NCBI GenBank assembly: GCA_964187785.1
Contig: OZ076409.1
Location: forward strand, 55,244,001 to 55,308,000
From: Amphiscolops sp. MND2022
Taxonomy: Eukaryota
Direction: 5' to 3'
Length of the DNA stretch: 64,000 nucleotides
Part shown: in pieces, positions 34,601 through 46,600 of the stretch
Numbering within the stretch: the stretch's first letter is position 1
How the letters are laid out: every line of letters starts with the position of its first letter
Position numbers and translations under genes: made by a program
The notes under the pieces: model-generated
Seen by the model: the letters and a program-made list of their open reading frames with translations, nothing else
Database searches by the model: none
Told to the model about the DNA's origin: nothing

Positions 34601-37600
34601 GACTATCTTATTAAACTGAAATAAACTGTGACAAGTTAAAACCATCAAAATCTAAATTATGAATGATTTCAGACCTTAAAAACATTCCGAGATAATTTCA
34701 CACATTTCCGGACATGCGTAGTGATGACAGGAGAATTTTAATCATTTTCCTGCAAAATACAACCGAGACATATCATTGGAATTACTTGTCGCAAAAAGAA
34801 CGAAACTACGTCAAAATGTAGGACTAAAGAAAACAAAAACAATTTGATAACCAATTAATTGACGATACAAAACTTCCCTAACATCATCTCTTTCATTTTA
34901 TCAAGCACCCGAGAACCATTCGTCCTATGAGAGTGGCCCTGTCACAGTCCGCGCCCGGACTGGATTGAATTAAAAGCAAACTAAAACTAATATAGGTCAC
35001 CGCTTCGCCAATACGATTGAATTTGCGTCGCGACTACGCTACGTCACAGCTATGGCAGCTAGCTAGAATTTCATTCCAAAATGTGACGTCAGCATGTCGT
35101 CTAACTTGGCAGCTAGTCAGAAATTCATTCCAAAATGTGACGTCAGCATCTCGTCTAACTTGGCAACTAGCTAGAAAGTATTCCAAATCAGACGACGATA
35201 TGACGTCACAGCTATGGCAGCTAGCTAATTTTCATTCCAAATTTACGTCCACTATATTGGCGGACTAAGTCTAATACTAATACGTACGTCCACGTTACGT
35301 CGCAAATCCATCAAAATAGCTGTTTTAATCCATGCAAAACACCACATTGACGTCCACGCGACGTCCACTATAATGGCGGACTAAGTGTAATACCAAATTT
35401 ACGTCCACTCTACGTCCCAATTTTATAAAATTAGGCGTTTTAGTCTGTATTAAATTTAAAAGAAGCTTTATTTTACTACGGTAAAACTAATCGAAGCTAG
35501 AATATGAATCAACGTCAACACTACGTCGCAATTTAACTAACCAAACCAAATTTTGAATCTACGTCACTATTGCGTCGACTAAGATTCAATTCAAACGGAA
35601 TATTGTATTTAAGCCAGGATTTTTCAGATTTACTTAAAAAAACAGTGTTTTAATACGATTTACATTGAAAAGTCACAGTTTATATTCAATTTGTGTTAAT
35701 AAAATGATGTCCAAGCTGGATTTTAAATGTACGTTTTGACTACCTAATTTCATAAGTGCATATGCTGTTTGACGATGTCACGTCGTCTTTTATTGTTGCT
35801 CAAAGGTGTTGCTCCTAACTTTAATCAGATAAATATTTATCAATTGTTGAAATATATAATTGTTTAGCCTCATGTAAATCAGTCACTCTCTTAGCATCAC
35901 CAAATTGCCTAAATCAAGATAATTAGTCATAATTTTCTTCAAGTGGAAATTCAAAATCAGGTATTAGTTGTTCACGTCAGCGTCATCTCCGCGTCGGTTT
36001 CTTACGAACCAAAGCAGAAAAACGGGGAAGTATTTCCGGTTTGACAGACTGAAGTAATATCTACTTCCTGCTTGGGAGGAAACAAAAGGACGCCGGAATG
36101 AAATGATATGATCTTGATTGATGTCTAATACTAGATTAGAACTGCCGTGTCTTAAAAATTGACGAAATGCTGACGAAGATCAAAGTTTTACCGCAAAATT
36201 ACAGTGCTGTCTTGTATCAAATTCTACTTTGTTTTGTTAAAACAATTACTCTGCAAACTTCAATTCAAAATTGATAAATCCGAAAATCTTTTCATCAAGA
36301 GAAGCTAAAAAGAAGAAAGTCCTTCAAAAAAGCTACAAAAACAATCAGAAATGTACAGAACAACGACCCTAACAGGAGTCGTTACAGTTATGGTGACAAA
36401 ATGTATCAGTTTGTTGTATTTTTAAAAGAGTTTCTCACAATTTTGAACATGCCGATCGGTGTAAAATATCTTGAAACTCTTGTCAAGAATCTTGCAATTT
36501 CCTGAAACCCTTGGTAAGAATCTTGACAAGATTCTTACCAAGAGCGCCAAGAATATGTACGATCTTGCAAGATCTTGCCAAGAACTTCAAGAAAAATGCC
36601 TAATTTTTTCGACTGAAAAAACGCAGAAAAAGTGTTTTTAGTACAAAAAACCTTCCAGGAAAAACCAAGAATCTTGTCAAGAAATCCAAGAAAATGCAAG
36701 AAATGCCAAGAATCTTGCCAAGAGTTTCAAGAGAAAAACTGACAGAAGTGAATGAAAACAAACAAGAACCCACGCCAACTTCGGCTTGATCAGCGTACCT
36801 ATTCTACCACGGCTGTTCGCGCTACCAACCAAACTATCATGTTCTGAATATCAATACTTTGTGTTGTCTTATATCCAATACTTCAAAGAATGATGGTGTA
36901 GCTGGTAGTGCGAACAACAGCAAAAACTTGTCAACAAAATTTATTTTCTTGACACTCTTGATAAGACTCTTACCAAGATTCCTATCAAGAATTTCAAGAG
37001 TTTTTGTCAAGCAAGAATAAACAAGATCTTATCAAGGGTTTCAAGAGGTAACGGGAGTTTGCGGGAAAATCCAAGACCTTGGCAAGAGTTTCAAGATATT
37101 TTACACTGGGGAACTATATTTATTGCAACTGGTAAAAAATTGAAACTTTTTTTTAAAACTTTTTTTAAAACTTACTTTGCTCTTCACATGGATCCTCGAC
37201 ATAGCAATTTCCCAATGGGCAAGTCTCACATTCTCCTGCCTCGCATCCTGTGAATAATAAAACAACTGAACCACTGCTAATCTGAAACATTTTGGATCTT
37301 CGGCCAATTTCTTCCAGTCTGCACATTTTCGTGTTTTATAGCCAACGTTGAAGCTAGAATTGGTTTTAAAAAAGCTCAAAAATTTGGAGACAAGATAATG
37401 GATTCCTGTCAAAAATTTCATGTCATCTCGCGAACTTTTTATTGCCAGTTGACAATCCACGCACTGGATATTCAGTATAGAGTATAAGGTATATAGCTTA
37501 TATTCTACATATACAATATAGAGCAAAATGCTCACTTTGTATTACAAGAACTCATATTTAACTTTGGTGCTCTAAAAATGTTTTTTGTTCCATTTTTGAT

Positions 37601-40600
37601 ACAACAACGCACTTTCACATTGACCGTTTTCTTCCTTTCTAGCATATCCAGGGTCGCATTTGCAGATGAATGCACCATCTGTGTTGACACATGAACTGTA
37701 GGGGCCACAAGTGACAGCAACTTCTGCGGAAGAACACTCATCAATGTCATCGCAATCATCGTCATAACCATCGATGTCGGAGCAGTCGCACCTGTACGTT
37801 CCTTCTTCATCGACGCATGTGTTGTCGGGACACGTCATGCCACCGAACGGGCCAATGATGTCACATTCATTCACGTCTAAGAATTTTACATCATAAGTTC
37901 GTTATACGAGATCTTCTGCTTGATATTTTCAGGACACAAGTGATTGAATCATTCTAATTTGGGATTTAAAAAACTTTTTATTTCAAGGAAAGTTGGCAAA
38001 AACCAGTTTTAAAAACGAAGTTTTGGAATTAAAGCTTTGCCAATATCTTCTTCGCAATAATATGGAAAGCAATACAATTGTCACTTAAGTGACAGCTGTT
38101 TATTTCAGTGACGCAATGACGATTGAAATTTCGACCTAAATTTTTATCATGGCTGGTTTTTAAATTTTCACCCCACAATTTTGACTTTTTCAAACGGATT
38201 TACATTGACTTTACCGACAAATCATGGCTGAGCTTTGCCTGGTTGTGAAATCTAGATTTTTCTCGCAGTCAAACTTGCAATTTTTTGTTTGAAACAAATA
38301 TTTTTGAAGGCTGAAAAAAGCAAAAACCTCATTTTAGTCAAAATACAACAAATTTTTCTCAGTGTTTTATATAGATATAGGGTATAAGGCCTGCGATGAG
38401 ACATCCTTTTGTTTATCACACTGTCTACCCGGGTTGACCCTCTTACTAGCATCTTGGCTGTCTTGGCAAGATCTTGCCAAATTCTTACTACATCTTGGCA
38501 ACCATGGATCCCATGGCAAGATTTTTATTAAGATCTTACTAAGATAATACATTATTCCAAGATCGTATCTTATCACGATGGACAAAATTCTAAGATTATA
38601 AAAAAACATTATACCTTTGGTAGGAGCAGCCGAGACTCAATATAAAGGCTCATTTCACCCAAAAACGACTATTTCTACTCGTTTTCATAAAGCAAAATTG
38701 TCTGAAAAATTATGATAACGTATTCTGGCTTCCGAAATTCTGACGATAATTCTAATAACTCCTCACCAGTATAAGACTGGTAAATGCGAATGTAAGCAAA
38801 TGAAAGCTCGTTTCAAGGGCTTTTGAAAACTTGTAACTCATCACTCCTGACGATTCTAGAGACGGAGAAAAACACTCTCAAACGACCATAACCACTGTCG
38901 GAAAGTTACACAGGGAACACTAAGAAATCCGGAACTTTTCGTAAGTTCATATCTCCGTCTTTCTTTGAGCCTCCTTCAGCAGACGTATTACTGCTTGAAA
39001 TGGTGGTCATTATCCCGGTTTGGGCAATGATTCAGCTCGAGGCTTTTCTGATGTCGTAGTTGGCGACGGTTTTGCAAATGATGGAACAATTTAATCAGTG
39101 CCTCCAATAAACAGCATCAGGACTTTTCAATCAAAGTTTATACCTTGCTTACAGAAAATCATGCCTAACAATGTATATCTGCATAGATGTTGATTTTTGT
39201 TGACCTCCTTTCGGAATTTTTTCTGGTCAAATAGGATTTTACAATAGAATTTCTCTTGGGAACATGGCTCTCTTGATAAGATCTTAGCATGACATCTTAC
39301 AATTCTTGGCAAGATCTTAGCTAAGATTTTTCCAAGATCTTGGCAAGATCTTGCCAAGATCTTACTAAGATATCCATGGAGGGTCGACCCGGGTAGCTTA
39401 AAAACAATTTCTGAATCTCTCTTTACTTCGACAAGTGAATCCATCGCCTTCATATCCCTCCTTGCAATGACAGACATAGTCTTGAGGAGCTCCTGGTTTT
39501 TCCTCACACTCTCCACCAATGACGTCACACTTGTCGTTTCCATCGGCGCAGGGGTCTTCTACCTCCTCGCAGTTATCCCCCGTGAATCCTTCCAGACATA
39601 CACACTCTGCGGCGCCACTAGACTCATTCTCTTTGCATACACTCTCTTCGGGGCACTCGACTGTGTCACATGGGTCGACTTCTGCAAAATGATTGCAAGA
39701 ATTAAAAGCAAATTATACGTAGAAAAATGACGCAAAATTGATGATGTAAAAAATTCAGACAGGCTTTTTCAGATAATGTGTTAAACTTTCCAAGTATCAG
39801 TTCAAAATTTTTTACGAGAAATATTTGCGAAATTATTCGCTTTCTTGATGATAGAAAAATATACATTACAGAAAAATGCAAATAATAGTTAGATTACAAA
39901 TAATCGATGGTTGGAGACGCCTAGGAGACAGCTGTTCAAGGTCTCGCTGCAGAATAATGATCATTTTTCGATTGATGCAAATGCAAATAGAACAAGAGGT
40001 CTATTTAAAATTTCGTTGATGTTTTATCAAGATGAACTTCAATGAAAGGTGGGCGACCTTCACAGTCTTCGTATCCATTGCCAACATAGCCCTCAGGACA
40101 TTCACATACTGGGTTCTCTTGACCGCCCGCGTAGCTGCAGCTAGCACCCTCGCCTCCACATTCGGACTCACCCTCCCCGGCGCCACAACTTCCCGTCTTA
40201 GCTGAAACATTTTTCTGTAATGAGTAACGAATGTGTATGAAATTAAGTGCCAGATGCAACAAAAATAGTAAAACGGATGTCGAAATGCTTGAGTGATTAT
40301 CTAGAGTGAAGTGTTTTGGCCCAGAAATTTGGGGAATGATCTGAGGTTTTTTCATAGGAAGGAAATGCCCAAGTAGTTAAAAAGTTTCTTGACCTTGACC
40401 TGCTAGAATTACAGTTAAGAGCTTGAGCTTTTACAAGATTTTACAACATAGGTTCATGAACTCCATGGAAAAAATCTGGAAAGAAACGACGACTGACTTT
40501 AGTGGCAATGAGAGTAGAGGTCTAGAAAATTTGTCTCCAGAGTTTTCCGATCAATAGGCTGCATGAGAAAGTTCAAAATTGTCTAAACTTTACAAAACAC

Positions 40601-43600
40601 AAATTGATGTACATTTTGTTATTCTTGTAATAAGTTTTCATTGCTGTTCACTTTTGTTAGCTTTTCTATTGAAACTTTACCCAGTGTAAAAACTCTTGGA
40701 ACTCTTGAGAAGAATCTTGGATATTCTTGAATTTCTTGGTAAGAATCTTGCAAGACCAAGAAATCCAAGATTTTGCAAGATCTTGCAAGATCGTGCCAAG
40801 AAATTCAAGAAATCCCAAGATTCTTATCAAGAGTTTCAAGAGAAACCAAGGATAGGCAAGAGAATGCAAGATGATTCAAGATTCCCGTTTAGAACCTCAG
40901 TCATCAAGAACTAAGAATTACATGTTTCAAAACCCAAATTGATCATGAAAAATCCAAAAAAATGCAGATGAAGTTGGGAAATCATTGAATTCTGCTCTCA
41001 TAATTGCAAATTCGGATCTAAAATGAGCAAAATTATGATCTGAAAAGATTGAAAACAAGTTCCAATTAGTATCGATTTAAGTATCAAAATTATATGTTCC
41101 AGACAAAACATTGATCATATAAGATTGACAATTTGCAGAATTGGTAATTGCAGACAATTGGTCTCTGAAATTGGCCGTAAATTTACCGAAAAAGGTTAAA
41201 TTTCATAGATTTTTCCATATTATGGCCCAAAATTACGGTAAGCACGCCTAATTCAACAATTTATGGAATCGAACTGAATTTTGAAATAATCGAAATTTTC
41301 ACCTCCCTGATTTCTTGATAAGAATCTTAGCAAGATTCTTGTCAAGAAATTCAGAATTTTTTGGAAGAAATAAGGCTTTTCAAGATCTTATCAAGAAATT
41401 CAACAGGTAGCAGGATTTTGTAGGAAAATCCAAGATCTTGGTAAGAAATCCAAGAGTTTTTACACTGGGTAGTAGAGGTGTACCGGAGAAGAAGTCCGGT
41501 CCGGTATCCGGCCAGATTTCAGGAAAATGTCCTGTGCGGTATCCGGCCGGACTTTTTACAATGTGATATTATCTTGAAATAATAATCTTAAATAGTCGTA
41601 ATATCTAACTTAGAAAAAGTGTATGTGCATCGAAAAATTGAATTTGTGACTGTGAATCAAAATTCATTAAATTATGGAGCAGGGAAAATAGTTTTTTACC
41701 GCTCTGTGGTAAAAGCCTGCTTCGTGTTTTGCAATCCTCATTGCCCAATTCTGAAAACAGCCCTTGATCGGTTATAATTGAGGATAATGTCCGGTCCGGC
41801 CGGTATCCGGCTTCAATCAGTCCTGTCCGGTTGTCCGACCGGACGGAATTTTTCCTGTCCGGTGCACCTCTACTGGGTAGTCAATCTTGTAATTTATCTT
41901 TGGTGTTCTTCTTACGAATCATGCCGTGATTCTCACCAAGGGTTCCAAAAATATAAAAGACTCTTGTTTAGAGTTCGAAAATGTTCATAGTGGTATGCCA
42001 TTAGCCATTGAATTTGAGGTCGCCATTTAATTATATTATTAATTTTTGAGGTCGACATTTTCGATTACATTTTCATGATTACAGTTTTTTACAGTTGATA
42101 TGTTGTCAACACTTGTCTACAAGCAATAGTACACCAACACGTTGTATTATCTTCTTCATGTCAACAAAAGTATATTGGTCGAATTTTATTGGACTACCAA
42201 CAAAAATGCTTCAAAGTACATCGCTCAAAATTGTTGCCAGAGTTCTGTCGTTCTATTCAATAGGTTTGTGAGACAATGCATTTTCTAATTTTGATGAAAC
42301 TCCTGCGTAACGTCAATATTTGGGACCATATATGATATATCAGCGTTATTCTGATATAGTTTCATATCTTTGAAGGAGGAAACTTATCAATTTTGAACGT
42401 AACTTTATTCAAGCTCCTTAATTTTCATGATTGGTCTTAGCTTTCTTTCATGAGGCTGTTCATGGATTTTCCCGCAAGGCTGTTTCTGTGAGATTGGTAA
42501 ATTTCTGTGAGATTCCAGAGAAAATTGTGGTTCCAAAAAGTATTTGAGTTTTAGAGTTCTTACGTTCGCAGCTGCCTGCTGAGTTTGGCTCGTATCCAGG
42601 GGCACACTCGCAGGAGAATGAACCAGGTGTGTTCACACATCTCTCAGTTGAAAGACACGTGTGTTGTTTCTCTTCACACTCGTTCACATCTGCAAACAGA
42701 AACAAAATGGAACACATAGGATGACATTGTGTCCTTTTCTCAAGTTTTGACGAAGCATAACCTTTATAAGATCAAGAAGGGAATGTCTGAACACGGCGCA
42801 CAGCTTCAATATCGAAAAATGTCAAGTCTTCAAAATTTGTCAAAGGGCTATTTTCATGAAGTTTTTTCACCATCATGTTAAATACTTTTGAGGAACGTCC
42901 TAATGAAAACCCATCTTTCATATATGGGATGGCAGAAATGTAACGTCTCAGCTGCATTTTTGTTGGTGTTTCCTGGAAAAAAGAGTAGACTAGAATTTTT
43001 GAGTTTTTCAAAAAGTCAAAGAAGTTAGCAAAATATTTATTCTTTTTTAATGAATGTAACAATCAGTTGAACATTTTGTCCACGATTGACCCACTTACTC
43101 AGAGGTGGGCACAATATTATTGCAATAATATTGTTGCAAGTAATAAATTATTTTTATTGTTGCCTGATAGAAATAAATTATTTAAAATATTCTTTCTTTG
43201 CTGTCAAATAAAAACAATAAAAGTTTAACTTTAAATTCCGTTCTCAACAGGGTTACCATGATTAGCAATTAATGTATTTCTCAAGTTTATATCTCAGAAA
43301 CGTCTATTTACGTAAAGATATATCTGTGCTTCAAAATCAGTCGGCTCCAACCGTTTAAGGTAATCATTAAAAACAAAATTCACACAACTAAAAAAGTCTC
43401 TCAATTAAATCGGAAGTCCCTGGAACCCACGTTAAATTGCAAATCAAATTTCGTCTCGGTTTATTAGAAGCGAGCAAACGTTCAGCAAAGTCTGAGTCGT
43501 CCTGAACACTTTGAAGATCCTGTGAAAAAATCTCCAGCACCTGTATTTCTTTTTCGTCGTTGCTTGTTGGTCGTCCTGGATGAAATTACAAAAAACTTTT

Positions 43601-46600
43601 TCAAATTTATGGTTAATGCTGATTGAAATAGGTTCTGAACTCAGGTATTAACTTAGCTCGGGATAATCTATAAGAAGAGCGTCGAATAAAATCCGTACAT
43701 CTTGTAAATTTGACGAGTTTAACTGCAACTTTCTCGAAACTGAGTCGAACAATTTCAATTTTTTGTGACGAGTTTCTAATTCTGATTCTTCTGCTGGTGA
43801 TAAAATTAAAATTATCAATTCAATATCGTGTTTATAAAGCAAACAGTTTAATTCAGAGTATCTTTCAATCATGGTTTTTGTTGACCACCATCTTGTATCG
43901 TTTCGAATAATAGGACGTAACTGGGCCTTTTTGCGAAGTTTTGCAACTTTTTTCAAAGTGCTGAGTTTTTCATTAGATTGTGCACTTTTTTTACCAAATG
44001 CTCATGTTTTTTTAACATGGTTTTCTAAGCGAGGTTCGAATTGCAACCAATCATGGACAGGTTGAGGTTTCTCACAATGTCCGTGTTAGTTGCTTCTTTA
44101 TCACCTACCAGAAATGAAATGTCGTTCGAAGTGCACTTATAAAATTATAACATTTCGGAAATTATTTCAACATGGTTAGCAGCATTCAACTCAGTTTCAT
44201 TCGAGAGAGGTGGAAAAGATCGTAAAATAATTTATCTGTCATTTTTAGAATCGGGGGGAAAAACGGCATAAATTGAAATAGTATGAGTAGAAGAAGAACA
44301 ATCTGATCTGACCATCCGTCTATTAAAAAGCCAAATTCAACAGACAAAAGTTTAGTAACTTTTTTCAATTCGAGCTGTAACAAGATTAAGATATTTAACC
44401 ACAGTTTTCTTACCAAGCAGTTTCAAAGAAGAATATTGGCGATTTAATTCGTTTCGGTAAAGTTAAACTGTAATCCGTTCTCCCAATAATACAGTCATGC
44501 CAACCAAAACTGTTTTTGTGTTAGTCGAAAATTGTCCAAAGGGAATAAAGGAAGATTGAGCCATTTCCTCTTCGAATTTTGGCGGTTTTGTTTGAACAAG
44601 AGCAATAATCTCTGATAACCAGCGCCTTTCGACTGTTTTTGAATGTAACCACACAGGTACTCAAATTCCTGGTTCGATTTCCGTTCGAAATATTGCGCAA
44701 CAATCTCTTCACATGTGCTGTTTAGCTGCTTGTGAAAGTCAACCGTTCAAATAGCTTCATAGAATTTCATTGGTTGGCTAAATAAGGTACGCAATTTCCT
44801 ATTGTTTGTAGCTTGCTTGTCGATTATTTCCATGTCAATCCGAATCAATAATTTTTTCCAATAGTTGTACCTTTGACAATAAATATTTTTTTTTGTCAAA
44901 AATAAAGTTTTTTATTGTATTTTTTGCCAATAATTTCATTACGACGCCAAACAGGGAACTTTTGTTTTTTCAAGAATTGAGGAAAATTGGCTTTTGCGAC
45001 TATCAAAATGTGTTTTCTAGAAATGAGGAAAAACTGAATTTAAAAGTGCCGCCAATTTAACCGAGGAATTCAGACAATAATTTTAGTAGTGCAAAAAGTT
45101 TTTAAAATATCATTTGTTGCCCACCACTACCTTTACTAGCATCTTGACTTTCATGGCAAGATCTTGCCGAGATCTTACTACTTGTTGACTTAGTGATCTT
45201 ACTGCGGCAATGGATTCCATGGCAAGATACTAAAATCTTACTCAGAAAATCTTACTAAAATGTATTCATTATTATTATTCATTATTACATGAATTATTAT
45301 TACATTCATTATTACTACAACATCATTATTCCAACATCGAGTTTTACTGAGATAAAAAATTGAAAAAAGAAAAATTGATTTTTGGGCGCGGCTCTTTTAG
45401 ATTTTGACCAAGTATCAAGTACCATAACCAAGCAATACACTTTCCTTGCCGTTTTAGAAACATGTTTTTGTCCTGGAAATCAAACAGCCTCGGTAGACTG
45501 TCACTATTGAGACTTTGTTCAGCTGATGAATACCGGAAAAATCGCACTAAACCACTGTCTATTAGAGTATTAATTTGAGATCACTATCATTTGGAATGAA
45601 ATTCACTGTTTTCTGGTGGAGAAACGACACTATTCTGTGGAATAAGATCTGAAATCCATAGGAAAAACCTGTTCCACCGCTGTACTGGGAAAATATATTT
45701 TGAGATAATTTCCCATATATTTTTGATATAATTCCAGTGGCTTTAGTTCTTGTTCCAACGGCTTTAAATGTTATTCTAGTGAAACTAAAATCACCGTTAG
45801 TCAAGACATTGCGACATTTTGAAAGTTTTTTCGTTTTCTAGTTCATCGAAACGATTGTTGTAGTTTTGTGTACGACATGAAAACAAAAAACGTATGGATA
45901 CTATTGTTTAGCACATGACGACTGTTCAAGCGAAAACAATGAAAGGCCCTGTGAGGCAGCTGTCAATAGGGCGATAAATATAGCCCAGTGTATCAGTTCC
46001 GCCGTATCGAATCAGCTGTGAGTCAAAAAGTTTAACGTTTCCGCTTCAACTACTAAAAATCTGACACCAACTAGATGAAGTTGACTTCTATCTCAACTCT
46101 AGTGGCAACAAACTTCTCAGTTCTCGCCAGCATGCACAATAGGAACGCCTCCACGATCAAAAAGTATGTTTTTGGTAAAAATCGCTTAAGGACAAAAAAA
46201 CCGTCCTTTATATATGTTCAAGAACTTCGTGGAACTTTCTTCAATTAAATGAAAAAACTCTGGTCTCCCATCTACATTTGCAAACAAAAAACAAGCCCGC
46301 TTCGGTTCATGAGGTGTTTTTTTTTCATTTGGAAAAAAAAGCTTCTCATTATCCCAAAAAATCTCATTCGAATATTTTTGGCACTGCGAGATTTTCCAGA
46401 GAGTTTCCTCAAAACTACCCCTCTGCATATCGAAAAGACTTAGCTTGTTTTGACCCTCAAACCGGGCACTGGCTTGATGCGGACCTATCTTGTTGGCTAC
46501 TACATTTTTGAGGAATTTTCAAACCGGAATCTCAGAAAGCTGTTTCTTAATAAAAAAGATTTTTCAAAAAACTGGTTCACTCTGGAAGACTTCACCTTCA

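Larger units (their letters stand above)
31630..36386 (+). mobile_element. Young non-autonomous LTR retroelement (LARD-like)
   Basis: LTRs 31630-33189 and 34940-36386, TG...CA; 5-bp TSD GTTAT; PBS-like TGGTGACAGGAGT at 33190; 1.75-kb interior without pol motifs. Confidence 0.92.

Noticed and set aside
31707..35268. Duplicated 83-aa [18 protein letters not shown]...
   Set aside because: Lies in the repetitive 5' part of both LTRs, starts at TTG, and duplication is explained by LTR identity.
36387..36398. TGGTGACA just after the 3' LTR, resembling a second PBS
   Set aside because: It overlaps the GTTAT TSD and the match ends after 8 nt; treated as coincidence in the target site.
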